The notes: generated by a model not told the origin, from the sequence alone. Positions 8,323 through 17,143 are shown, counted from the stretch's first letter. The stretch is DNA of 26,233 nt from Candidatus Methylomirabilia bacterium (GCA_041497895.1 JBGQHJ010000062.1:1-26233), one strand, 5' to 3'. Program-made: numbers and translations.

Positions 8323-9327
8323 CTACTGAATCACCTGATCCGCCCGCAGCAGCACCGAGTTCGGGATCGTGAGGCCGAGTGCCTTGGCGGTCTTCAGGTT
8401 GATCACGAGCTCGAACCTGGTCGGCTGTTCCACCGGAAGGTCGGCGGGTTTCGCGCCCTTGAAGATCTTGTCGACCAGGCCCGCGAACCGGAAATACAGG
8501 TCGGGATAGTTCACCGCGTAGGCCATCAATCCGCCCGCTTCGACGAATTCGCGGGATGGAAAGGCGGCGGGCAGCCTGTTGCGGGTCACCGCGTCGACGA
8601 TCGCTTGTTGTTGCATCTGGGTGAGGCCGTCCAGCCCGATGACCAGCGCATCGACATGCTGTCGCCGGGCCAGCTCGAACGCGCGGCCCAGGTCGCCCGG
8701 GCTCCGCACGTCGAGAAGCTCGGCCTGAAGACCCAGGGCGCGGGCCGCGGCCTTCGTCTCTTCCCATTCGGGTGGGGCCGCCGGATTTCCCATGTTATGA
8801 AGCAACCCGACCCGCGAGAGACCCGGGGCCAACTCCTTGAGGATCTCGAGCCGCTTCGCGGTCAGCTCGGTGCTGAAGGTCGTCACCCCCGTGATGTTGC
8901 CGCCCGGATGCGTGAAGCTCGCCACGAGGGTGTGGGGGTCGCCCATCGTCGCCATCACCACCGGGATCGTTCCGGTCGCGTTCTTGGCCGCCCGGGTGGC
9001 CGGCGTGCCCCTGGTCACGATCAAGTCGACCTTGAGACGAACCAGCTCGGCCGCCAGGTCCGGGAACCGCTCGGCCCGACCGTCCGACGACCGATACTCG
9101 ATGATCAGGTTTCGCCCTTCGGCGTAGCCGAGATCCCGCAGCCCCTTGCGTAGGGCGTCGAGATTGGCCGCGTTCTGGGCCGCGGGCACCGACTCCAGAA
9201 TCCCGAGGCGATAGATCTTCCCCGCTGATTGCTGCGCTCGCGCCGCGAGCGGCGCGGCGAGAAGACCGCCCGCCATCATCGCCATGAACGCGCGGCGCGG
9301 CATCTCGGGCGAGCGGATCGAGTCCAT
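8323..9327 (-). CDS. ABC transporter substrate-binding protein (ABC_sub_bind type); start 9327 or 9303
   Basis: RRAF...LAARA-Q Tat-like signal; PGGNITG, KRLEILKE, GGLMAY, KPADLPVEQPTRFELVINLKTAKALG, RADQVIQ. Confidence 0.88.
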   Translation of the reverse strand: MDSIRSPEMPRRAFMAMMAGGLLAAPLAARAQQSAGKIYRLGILESVPAAQNAANLDALRKGLRDLGYAEGRNLIIEYRSSDGRAERFPDLAAELVRLKVDLIVTRGTPATRAAKNATGTIPVVMATMGDPHTLVASFTHPGGNITGVTTFSTELTAKRLEILKELAPGLSRVGLLHNMGNPAAPPEWEETKAAARALGLQAELLDVRSPGDLGRAFELARRQHVDALVIGLDGLTQMQQQAIVDAVTRNRLPAAFPSREFVEAGGLMAYAVNYPDLYFRFAGLVDKIFKGAKPADLPVEQPTRFELVINLKTAKALGLTIPNSVLLRADQVIQ

Positions 9328-9341
9328 GTGATGTGGCCGCG

Positions 9342-9389
9342 AGTCTATCAGCGTCTGCGCGCTTGGGGGAGGGTGGGCCATGCTAAACT
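9342..9389. promoter_or_regulatory. back-to-back extended -10 promoters
   Basis: Minus strand TGaTAGACT (9350-9342) toward the SBP; plus strand TGcTAAACT (9381-9389) toward the Zn-ADH. Confidence 0.45.
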
Positions 9390-9422
9390 CCGCCCCGTCG
9401 CCCATCATCTGGGGAGGAAATC

Positions 9423-10535
9423 ATGACCGAGACGGCGAGGATGGCGGTGTTCCACGGCGCGGGCAAGCCCTTCGAGATTCGCGAGTACCCGGTCCCGGAT
9501 CCCGAGCCGGGCGCCCTGCTCGTCAAGGTCGCGATGGCCAACGTGTGCGGCTCCGACCTCCACTACTGGCGCGGGGAGCTCGACTACGTGAAGATGGGCC
9601 GCCCGCTGCCGCTCAACACCGGCCACGAGCACGTGGGCCGCGTGGCCAAGCTCGGCGCGGGAGTCACCACCGACTCGGCGGGCCGCCCGCTCGCGGTGGG
9701 CGATCGCGTCGCCTACCGGTTCTTCTTCCCGTGCGGGCGCTGTCGCGCGTGCCTCAAGGGGCGGACCAAGTCCTGCCCGGTGCGCCAGTCCAACTTCCTG
9801 GTCTCGTGCGAGGTGTGGCCGCACTTCCAGGGCGGCTTCGGCCAGTACTTCTACCTCCGCCCCAACCACGCGGTGTTCAAGCTGCCCGACGACATCACCG
9901 ACGAGATGGCGGCCGGCGTCAACTGCGCGTTCAGCCAGGTCTACGCGGGCCTCGACCTGACCGCGCTGCGCCAGGGCCAGACGGTGGTGATCCAGGGCGC
10001 GGGCGGCCTCGGGGTCTACGCGTGCGCGGTGGCCCGCGAGATGGGCGCGGCGCGCGTGGTGATCATCGACGGGGTGGAGGAGCGCCTGGCGCTCGCCCGC
10101 TCGTTCGGGGCCACCGACGTCGTGGACATGCGGGAGCACCGGACGCCGGAGGACCGCATCAAGGCGGTGAAGAAGCTCACCGACGACTGGGGCGGCGACA
10201 TCGTGATGGAGCTGGTGGGCAACCCCAAGGTGGTGGACGAGGGCCTGCGCATGACCGCGCCGGAGGGGACGTATCTCGAGATCGGCAACATCAACGTGGG
10301 ATGGAAGGCCGAGTTCGATCCGGCCTGGATCATCTTCGGCAACCGCCGCATCTTCGGCCTCTCGCACTACGAGGCCGAGCACCTGCGCGGGGCGCTCGAC
10401 ATGATGGCGCGCACCCGGGACCGCTATCCGTGGGACAAGATCATCTCCCACAAGTTCCCCCTCGAGGCGATCGAGGAGGCCTTCGTCCAGCAGGACAAGG
10501 GTCACGTCACCCGCGCCGCCATCGTTCCCAACTAG
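9423..10535 (+). CDS. zinc-dependent alcohol dehydrogenase (MDR family)
   Basis: CGSDLH, GHE, structural-Zn CGRCRAC...C, VNCA, GAGGLG; SD GGAGG. Confidence 0.93.
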   Translation: MTETARMAVFHGAGKPFEIREYPVPDPEPGALLVKVAMANVCGSDLHYWRGELDYVKMGRPLPLNTGHEHVGRVAKLGAGVTTDSAGRPLAVGDRVAYRFFFPCGRCRACLKGRTKSCPVRQSNFLVSCEVWPHFQGGFGQYFYLRPNHAVFKLPDDITDEMAAGVNCAFSQVYAGLDLTALRQGQTVVIQGAGGLGVYACAVAREMGAARVVIIDGVEERLALARSFGATDVVDMREHRTPEDRIKAVKKLTDDWGGDIVMELVGNPKVVDEGLRMTAPEGTYLEIGNINVGWKAEFDPAWIIFGNRRIFGLSHYEAEHLRGALDMMARTRDRYPWDKIISHKFPLEAIEEAFVQQDKGHVTRAAIVPN

Positions 10536-10538
10536 ACC

Positions 10539-10587
10539 GGGGTCAGGTCTTACATTCCCACATTGTCGTAATGTAAGACCTGACCCC
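10539..10587. repeat. REP-like element, copy 2 (internally shortened)
   Basis: 18-bp perfect inverted repeat GGGGTCAGGTCTTACATT (10539-10556 / 10570-10587), 13-nt spacer. Confidence 0.9.
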
Positions 10588-10593
10588 AGAGCC

Positions 10594-11703
10594 ATGCGCG
10601 TCCACAGTGTCGAGGCGATCGCGGTCGACATCCCGCTCCGGCGGAACTTCGGCGGCAGCACCTACGCGGTGCTCAAGCGCTCCACCGTGGTCACCCGGCT
10701 GCGCACGGATGACGGCCTGGTCAGCGAGATCTACAACGGCGACAACCGCGAGCACGGGCCCGAGATCGTCCGGCTGATCCGGGACGAGCTGGCCCCGATC
10801 CTGACGGGCCAGGACCCCACCGAGGTCGAGTCCCTCTGGAGCCGTCTCTTCGCCCTTTCCCATTCGAGCCGCGACCGAAAGCTCCTGATGGAGGCCATCG
10901 CCTGCGTGGACTGCGCGATGTGGGACCTGCTGGGCAAGGCGCGCGGGCAGAGCGTGGCCACCCTGATGGGCGGGCGGCTCCGCGAGCGCCTGCCGATCAT
11001 CTCGATCGGCGGCTACTACCGCGAGGGCAAGACCCTCGCCGACATCGGCCGCGAGATGGAGAGCTATCACGCCGCCGGCATGGCGGGCTGCAAGTTCAAG
11101 GTGGGCGGCCTCGCCCCCGAGGTCGACGCGGAGCGAGTCCGGGCCGCGCGCGCCGCCGCCGGCCCCGGCTTCGTGCTGGCGGTGGACGCCAACCGGGGGT
11201 GGTCGGTGGAGGACGCGGTGCGCTTCGCCCACCTGGTGGAGCCGCTCGACATCGCCTGGTTCGAGGAGCCCTGCCACTGGCACGACGACGCCCGCATGAT
11301 GGCGGAGGTGCGGCGGGCGACGCGCATCCCGATCACCGCCGGCCAGTCCGAGATCACGAGCCACGCGGTGCGCCGGCTCCTCGACGCGGGCGCGGTGGAC
11401 CTGGTCAACTTCGACGCCTCCGAGGGCGGCGGCGTCACCGAGTGGCGGCGCGCCGCCTCGCTCTGCGCGCAGGCCGGCGTGAAGATGGCGCACCACGAGG
11501 AGCCACAGATCGCGGGCCACCTCCTGGCCGCGGTGCCGCACGGCACCTACGTCGAGTGCTTCGCCGATCCGGAGCGCGACCCGGTCTGGCAGGCCCTCTG
11601 GGCCAACCGCCCCGCGGTTCGGGACGGCACGTTCCCGATTCCCGACGGCCCCGGCTTCGGCGTCGTCCTCGACGAGGCGATGATCCAGCGCTACCGCGTC
11701 TGA
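10594..11703 (+). CDS. mandelate racemase/muconate lactonizing enzyme family protein
   Basis: DCAMWDLLGK, KFK, VDANR, WFEEP, GQSE, DGPGFG; 369 aa. Confidence 0.92.
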   Translation: MRVHSVEAIAVDIPLRRNFGGSTYAVLKRSTVVTRLRTDDGLVSEIYNGDNREHGPEIVRLIRDELAPILTGQDPTEVESLWSRLFALSHSSRDRKLLMEAIACVDCAMWDLLGKARGQSVATLMGGRLRERLPIISIGGYYREGKTLADIGREMESYHAAGMAGCKFKVGGLAPEVDAERVRAARAAAGPGFVLAVDANRGWSVEDAVRFAHLVEPLDIAWFEEPCHWHDDARMMAEVRRATRIPITAGQSEITSHAVRRLLDAGAVDLVNFDASEGGGVTEWRRAASLCAQAGVKMAHHEEPQIAGHLLAAVPHGTYVECFADPERDPVWQALWANRPAVRDGTFPIPDGPGFGVVLDEAMIQRYRV

Positions 11704-11704
11704 C

Positions 11705-11791
11705 GGGGTCAGGTCTTACATTCCGACATTTTCGTCGCGCGCCCCGACTCGTCGGCGACCGCGAAAATGTCGGAATGTAAGACCTGACCCC
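11705..11791. repeat. REP-like element, copy 3 (most complete), between convergent genes
   Basis: 30-bp perfect inverted repeat GGGGTCAGGTCTTACATTCCGACATTTTCG (11705-11734 / 11762-11791), 27-nt spacer. Confidence 0.92.
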
Positions 11792-11795
11792 AGAT

Positions 11796-12917
11796 CTACA
11801 TCGAGATGGCGGCGCGGGAGACGCCGGCGGTGTCGCCGCCGCGCTGGGCCCAGTCGGCCTGGGCGAAGGCCTCCGAGATGCGCTCGAGCGGGAACACGTG
11901 CGAGATCACCCGGTCGAACGGGAAGCGCTTCACGTTGCGCTTCATGAACGAGAGCGACTGCTCGAGCGCCCACGGCGAGTAGTTGGAGGTGGCCACCAGC
12001 CGGACGCTCCCCCGCACCAGCGCGGTGGCGTCGTAGGAGAACACGTTGCCGGGCGAGATGCTGCCAACCTCCAGGTAGCAGCCGCCCCCGCGGAGCATCC
12101 GCAGCCCCTCCGGGATCACGTCGGCGTAGCCGACGAAGTCGGCCACCACGTCGGCTCCGAAGCCGTCGGTCAGCGCCTTCACCGCGTCGACCCGCTTGTC
12201 CGCGGACGAGATCTCGGTCGCGTTGACGGTGTGGTCGGCCCCGAACGATTTGGCCAGCGCGAGCCGCGGCGCGAGCCGGTCGATCACGATGATGGTCTCC
12301 GCGCCCATGTCGCGCGCTACCGCCACCGCGTTGATGCCGAGACCGCCCGCTCCCTGCACCACCAGGGAGTGGCCGGCGCGGAACCCGGCCTTGCGCAGGC
12401 CGTAGAGCACCTGGGAGAGCGCGCAGTTGACGGGAGTGGCCATGTCTTCCGGGATCTCGTCCGGCACCTTGAAGACGAAGTGGCCGGGCCGCAGGTAGTA
12501 GTAGTCGCCGTAGGCGTTGTTGAAGTAGGGCGCGCTCCCCGCGACCCGGTTCGGCCGGACCTTGCGCGGGCAGGATCCCATCTCGTCGTTCAGGCACACC
12601 GGGCAGCGGCCGCAGGGAAAGAAGTAGCAGTAGGTCACGCGGTCGCCCTCGCGCAACGGCCGCCCCATCGAGTCGGTGGTGACCCCCGCGCCCAGCCGCT
12701 CCACCCGGCCGCACATCTCGTGGCCGAAGGTGAGGTCCTTGGGCAGCGCCCCGTACACTTCCTTCATCTCGCCGCGCCAGATGTGCAGGTCGGAACCGCA
12801 CACCCCGGCCCGGGTCAGCTTCACGAGGATGGCTCCCGGCTCGACGTCCGGCACCGGATACTCGCGCAGCTCGAACTCGCCCCCGTACGCCTTCAGCACC
12901 GCGACGCGTCCCTTCAT
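11796..12917 (-). CDS. zinc-dependent alcohol dehydrogenase (MDR family), paralog of 9423-10535
   Basis: CGSDLH, GHE, CGRCPVC...C, VNCA, GAGGLG; SD GAGGAGG. Confidence 0.93.
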   Translation of the reverse strand: MKGRVAVLKAYGGEFELREYPVPDVEPGAILVKLTRAGVCGSDLHIWRGEMKEVYGALPKDLTFGHEMCGRVERLGAGVTTDSMGRPLREGDRVTYCYFFPCGRCPVCLNDEMGSCPRKVRPNRVAGSAPYFNNAYGDYYYLRPGHFVFKVPDEIPEDMATPVNCALSQVLYGLRKAGFRAGHSLVVQGAGGLGINAVAVARDMGAETIIVIDRLAPRLALAKSFGADHTVNATEISSADKRVDAVKALTDGFGADVVADFVGYADVIPEGLRMLRGGGCYLEVGSISPGNVFSYDATALVRGSVRLVATSNYSPWALEQSLSFMKRNVKRFPFDRVISHVFPLERISEAFAQADWAQRGGDTAGVSRAAISM

Positions 12918-12946
12918 GTGGAGCCTCCTCGAGTGGATTCAGCGGA

Positions 12947-12997
12947 AGAGTGGCCGCGGGCGGGCCGGTTGTCAACCGGTCCCCCGCGTCTTACCAT
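12947..12997. promoter_or_regulatory. divergent sigma70 promoters with overlapping -35 boxes
   Basis: Plus: TTGTCA (12969-12974)-N17-TACCAT (12992-12997). Minus: TTGACA (12975-12970)-N17-CACTCT (12952-12947). Confidence 0.55.
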
Positions 12998-13053
12998 GGT
13001 GCCGCTTCGCCCACTGCCGGCACGTCCGCCGGCACATCAGACGGAGGCGGCCA

Positions 13054-14013
13054 ATGCGTCGCGGGATGCTCGCGCTGATCACCACGTTGCTCTGCCTGTC
13101 GTCCTCCGCCTCCGCGGAGGTCGCGGTGCAGGCCTATCCGCTGCCACCCGGCGGCGGGCCGCACGACGTCGCGGTGGGCGCCGACGGCATCGTCTGGTAC
13201 ACCGCGCAGCGGGGCGGCCAGCTCGGACGCCTCGATCCGGCCACCGGCAAGGTGGACCTGATCCCGCTCGGCCCGACCGCGGCGCCCCACGGCGTGATCA
13301 TCGGGCCGGACGGCGCCCCGTGGGTCACGGAGGGCGGCACCAACTCCATCGTCCGGGTCGATCCGCGGACGCGCGAGGTGAAGCACTGGGCGCTGCCGGA
13401 GTCGCGTGGCTACGTGAACCTCAACACCGCGACCTTCGACAAGAGAGGGCGCATCTGGTTCACCGGCCAGAACGGAGTGTACGGGCGCCTCGATCCCGTG
13501 ACCGGCGCGATGCAGGTCTGGGACGCGCCGCGTGGCCGCGGCGCCTACGGCATCACCACCACGCCGGACGGCGAGGTCTACTACGCCTCGCTCGCGGGCA
13601 GCCACATCGCGCGGGTGGATCTCGACACCGGCGCGGCCACCGTGATCGAGCCGCCCACGAAGGACCAGGGCGCGCGGCGGGTCTGGTCCGACTCGCGGGG
13701 CCGGATCTGGGTCAGCGAGTGGAACTCCGGCAACGTGAGCCGCTACGACCCGAAGGCGAAGGCCTGGAAGACCTGGAAGCTGCCCGGCGACCGCCCGCGC
13801 ACCTACGCGGTCTACGTCGACGAGCGGGACAAGGTGTGGCTCAGCGAGTGGACCGCCAACGCGATGGTGCGCTTCGACCCGGAGACCGAGACGTTCGAGG
13901 CGTTCCCGAGTGATCGGCGCAGCGCGAACGTGCGCCAGATCCTCGGTCGCCCGGGTGAGGTGTGGGCGCCCGAGTCCGGCGCCGACCGGCTCGTCGTCTA
14001 CCGGATGAAGTGA
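13054..14013 (+). CDS. secreted Vgb-like beta-propeller protein
   Basis: Signal peptide ending ASA-E; repeated blades PHDVAVGADGIVWY, PHGVIIGPDGAPWV, YGITTTPDGEVYY, DSRGRIWV; ATG 13054 after GGAGG; 319 aa. Confidence 0.85.
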   Translation: MRRGMLALITTLLCLSSSASAEVAVQAYPLPPGGGPHDVAVGADGIVWYTAQRGGQLGRLDPATGKVDLIPLGPTAAPHGVIIGPDGAPWVTEGGTNSIVRVDPRTREVKHWALPESRGYVNLNTATFDKRGRIWFTGQNGVYGRLDPVTGAMQVWDAPRGRGAYGITTTPDGEVYYASLAGSHIARVDLDTGAATVIEPPTKDQGARRVWSDSRGRIWVSEWNSGNVSRYDPKAKAWKTWKLPGDRPRTYAVYVDERDKVWLSEWTANAMVRFDPETETFEAFPSDRRSANVRQILGRPGEVWAPESGADRLVVYRMK

Positions 14014-14396
14014 GGGGCGGGCTGGTGGGACTGCTGGTGGGCGGCGCGGCGATCCTGGCGGGCCTCTCCCCGCTGCGGGCCGACCCCGCGCGAGGCGAGC
14101 GGGTCTTCCAGCGCTGCTTCGCCTGCCACTCCGTCACCGCCGGCGAGGACAAGCTGCCGGGCCCGAACCTCCGCGGGGTGATCGGCCGGCGGGCCGGAAC
14201 CCTCGCGGCGTTCCGCTTCTCACCCGCGCTGGTCGAGGCGGGCGCGCGCGGCCTGGTGTGGACGCGCGAGACCCTGGACGCCTACCTCGCCGACCCCGAG
14301 CGATACATCCCGGGCTCCGAGATGGGGCTGCCGGGGCTGCGCGAGGCCGATGACCGACACGCCGTGATCGACTTCCTCGAGAGGAGAACACCGTGA
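14010..14396 (+). CDS. class I cytochrome c (c2-like)
   Basis: Signal peptide, CFACH heme motif, GPNLRGVIGR, PGSEM axial Met; GTGA overlap with upstream stop. Confidence 0.9.
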   Translation: MRGGLVGLLVGGAAILAGLSPLRADPARGERVFQRCFACHSVTAGEDKLPGPNLRGVIGRRAGTLAAFRFSPALVEAGARGLVWTRETLDAYLADPERYIPGSEMGLPGLREADDRHAVIDFLERRTP

Positions 14397-15319
14397 AACT
14401 GCTGCTCTTCGACGATTTCCGGCTGGGCGTGCTCCGTGGCGATCAGGTGGTGGACGTCTCGGACACCGTGAAGGACATCCCCCACACCGGCCCCGGCGAC
14501 CTGATGAGCGGGCTCATCGCCCGCTTCGCCGACTACCGCAAGAAGATCGAGGAGGCGGCCGGCCGCGGCAAGCCCGTGCCGGTCGGCGGGGTGCGCATCC
14601 GCCCACCCCTGCCCAAGCCCACGAACATCGTGTGCATGGCGGTGAACTACATGGAGGACGGCACCCGCAGCGAGCCGGCCCCGATCAACGCGTTCATGAA
14701 GTCGCCCGGGGCGGTGATCGGCCACGGCGACACCATGGTGCTGCCGGACGTGCCCGCCACCATCTTCGAGGGCGAGGCCGAGGTGGCCCTGATCATCGGC
14801 AAGCGGGCCACCGCGGTGCCGGCGGCGCGGGCCATGGAGTACGTCTTCGGCTACTGCAACTTCATCGACGGCTCCGCCCGCGGCCTCCTGCCCACCGGCA
14901 ACACCTTCTACCAGATGAAGTCGCGCGACACCTTCGCGCCCATGGGCCCGTACCTGGTGACCGCCGACGAGATCCGGGATCCCCACAACCTGGCGATCCG
15001 GCTCTCGGTCAACGGCACCGTCAAGCAGTCGTTCAACACCAGCGACATGGCCCACAAGATCCCGCGCTGCATCGAGTGGGTGACCGGCATCCACACGCTC
15101 GAGCCGGGCGACGTGCTCGCCACCGGCACGAACCATCGGGGCCTCTCCGGCTTCCAGGACGGCGACCGCATCGAGCTCGAGACCGAGGGGCTCGGGAAGC
15201 TCCAGTTCAACATCCGGGACGAGCTGAAGCGCACGTGGTCGCGCGAGACGCGCCTCGACCGGCAGGAGAAGGGGCTCGAGGGCACCACCCCGCAGCTCAC
15301 CGGCAAGTACAAGAAATGA
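14393..15319 (+). CDS. fumarylacetoacetate hydrolase family protein
   Basis: AVNY, FEGEAE, FIDGSAR, KSRDTFAPMGP, LEPGDVLATGT; GTGA overlap and SD GAGGAG. Confidence 0.9.
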   Translation: MKLLLFDDFRLGVLRGDQVVDVSDTVKDIPHTGPGDLMSGLIARFADYRKKIEEAAGRGKPVPVGGVRIRPPLPKPTNIVCMAVNYMEDGTRSEPAPINAFMKSPGAVIGHGDTMVLPDVPATIFEGEAEVALIIGKRATAVPAARAMEYVFGYCNFIDGSARGLLPTGNTFYQMKSRDTFAPMGPYLVTADEIRDPHNLAIRLSVNGTVKQSFNTSDMAHKIPRCIEWVTGIHTLEPGDVLATGTNHRGLSGFQDGDRIELETEGLGKLQFNIRDELKRTWSRETRLDRQEKGLEGTTPQLTGKYKK

Positions 15320-16404
15320 AGATCTCCCACGTCACCACCCGCGTCCTCTCGACGCCGGCGGACAACCCCCTGGTGGTCGGGCTGCCCGCGCCGACCGACA
15401 CGCGCGAGTTCGTGCTCCTCGAGCTCGGCACCGACCAGGGTCTGGTGGGCATCGGGCTCACCTTCTTCGGCGGCGCGCTCACCCCCGCGCTCCGGGCCGC
15501 GGTGGACGGTCTCGCCCGCCTCACCGTCGGCATGGACCCGAGCCAGGTCGAGACGATCGCGGCCAAATGCCGGCGCATGGCGGGCGGCTCGGGGCCGGGT
15601 GGCATCTTCTCCCTCGCGCTGTCCGCGGTGGACATGGCCTGCTGGGACCTCATGGGCAAGGCGGCGGGCCGCTCGGTGTGCGCGCTGCTGGGCGGTCTGC
15701 GCGACCGCGCGCCCACGTACGCGAGCGGGGCCCTGATGCGGCAGCACCCGGCGGACTACCTGGCGAAGGCCGGCCCGCGCCTGCGCGACATGGGCTTCCG
15801 CCAGATGAAGATGCAGTGCGGGAGCGAGCCGACGATCGCGGCGTCGGTCGAGCGGGTGCGCGTGATGCGCGAGTCCATCGGGGCCGACGTGGACCTGATG
15901 TGCGACATCAACCAGCTCTGGAGCGTGCACCACGCCATCGACGTGGGCCAGCGCATCGAGCCCTATCATCTCTACTGGCTGGAAGACCCCACCGCCCACG
16001 ACGACTTCGCCGGCTTCGCGCGCATCGCCGACGCGCTCAACACCCCGATCGCGGCGGGCGAGTACCACTACGGCATCGTGCCGTTCCGGCACCTGCTGGA
16101 GGCACGCTCGATCGACATCGTGATGATCGACCTGCTGCGGGTGGGCGGCATCACCCAGTGGATGAAGGTCGCGGGCATGGCCGAGGCCTTCAACCTCCCC
16201 GTGGTGAGCCACCTGATCCCCGAGATCCACGTGCACCTGATCGCGGCGATCCCCAACGGCCTCACCGTGGAGTACATGCCGTGGACGCTCCGGCTCTACG
16301 AGGAGACGCCGAAGATCGAGGCCGGCCAACTCGTGGTGCCCGACAAGCCCGGCCTGGGCCTGGCCTTCGACCAGGCCGCGATCAAGCGCTACCAGGTCGG
16401 GTGA
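15316..16404 (+). CDS. mandelate racemase/muconate lactonizing enzyme family protein (true start ATG 15316)
   Basis: DMACWDLMGK, CDINQ, WLEDP, AAGEY, RVGGIT, VVSH, KPGLGL; ATGA overlap; 362 aa. Confidence 0.92.
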   Translation: MKISHVTTRVLSTPADNPLVVGLPAPTDTREFVLLELGTDQGLVGIGLTFFGGALTPALRAAVDGLARLTVGMDPSQVETIAAKCRRMAGGSGPGGIFSLALSAVDMACWDLMGKAAGRSVCALLGGLRDRAPTYASGALMRQHPADYLAKAGPRLRDMGFRQMKMQCGSEPTIAASVERVRVMRESIGADVDLMCDINQLWSVHHAIDVGQRIEPYHLYWLEDPTAHDDFAGFARIADALNTPIAAGEYHYGIVPFRHLLEARSIDIVMIDLLRVGGITQWMKVAGMAEAFNLPVVSHLIPEIHVHLIAAIPNGLTVEYMPWTLRLYEETPKIEAGQLVVPDKPGLGLAFDQAAIKRYQVG

Positions 16405-16448
16405 TCGGCGGGCGGGGCGCTGGCCGCGCGCCCGCCCCGCGCGCCCGG

Positions 16449-17117
16449 CTACGCGCTCCGGCCGAGCGCCGCCGCCTCGTCGCGCTCCATCCGCGCCCGC
16501 ATCCGCGCGCGCAGCCCCTCCACGATGTGAGCCGGCGCGGTCGCGGGTGAGCCCGCCTGGAACGGGGGCTGCGGATCGTACTCGATGCCGAGCTGGATGG
16601 CCTGGGCCACGTCGTCCCCTGCGATGCGAGCGGCCAGGGTCAGCGCCATGTCGATCCCCGACGACACGCCCGCCGCGGTGATGACCTTGCCCTGCTCGAC
16701 CACGCGCTTGAGGGTCGGGCGCACGCCGTACGCGGGGAGGCGGTCGAGCGACATCCAGTGGGTGGTCGCCTCGAGGCCCTTCAGGATTCCCGCGGCGGCC
16801 AGCAGCATCGAGCCGGTGCAGACCGACGTGGTCCACCGGCTCGTCTCGTGGGCGGCGCGGATCCAGTCGAGGAGCGGATTCGGCGCCTCGAGCGCGCGGG
16901 TGCCGAAGCCGCCCGGCACCATGAGCACCTCCGGATGCGGCACCGCGGCGAGCGGCTCGTCGGCGATGAGCGTCAGCTGGCGGTTGTCGGTGCGATAGGG
17001 CCCGGCCGCCACGGCCACGAAGCGCACCCGGGCGCCGGGCAGGCGCGAGAGCACCTCGTAGGGGCCGATGGCGTCGAGCGCGGTGATGCCCTCGAAGAGC
17101 GGGATGGCGATGTCCAT
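16449..17117 (-). CDS. DJ-1/PfpI family protein (InhA/isonitrile hydratase-like)
   Basis: LDAIGP, VPGG, SVCTGS nucleophile, ATTHW, AAGVSSGID, IEYDPQPPF; ATG 17117 after SD AGGAGG. Confidence 0.9.
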   Translation of the reverse strand: MDIAIPLFEGITALDAIGPYEVLSRLPGARVRFVAVAAGPYRTDNRQLTLIADEPLAAVPHPEVLMVPGGFGTRALEAPNPLLDWIRAAHETSRWTTSVCTGSMLLAAAGILKGLEATTHWMSLDRLPAYGVRPTLKRVVEQGKVITAAGVSSGIDMALTLAARIAGDDVAQAIQLGIEYDPQPPFQAGSPATAPAHIVEGLRARMRARMERDEAAALGRSA

Positions 17118-17143
17118 GGGACGTCCTCCTGGAATTGGCGCCG

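Noticed and set aside
7381..9153. 590-aa plus-strand ORF
   Set aside because: Antisense shadow of two well-supported minus-strand genes; no motifs
13054..14013. Calling this vgb (streptogramin resistance)
   Set aside because: Has a signal peptide and appears to lack the catalytic His motif; only the fold is supported
14632..15315. N-terminal extension of enolase 2 (590-aa ORF)
   Set aside because: Overlaps the FAH gene in another frame; ATG 15316 gives normal length and an ATGA overlap
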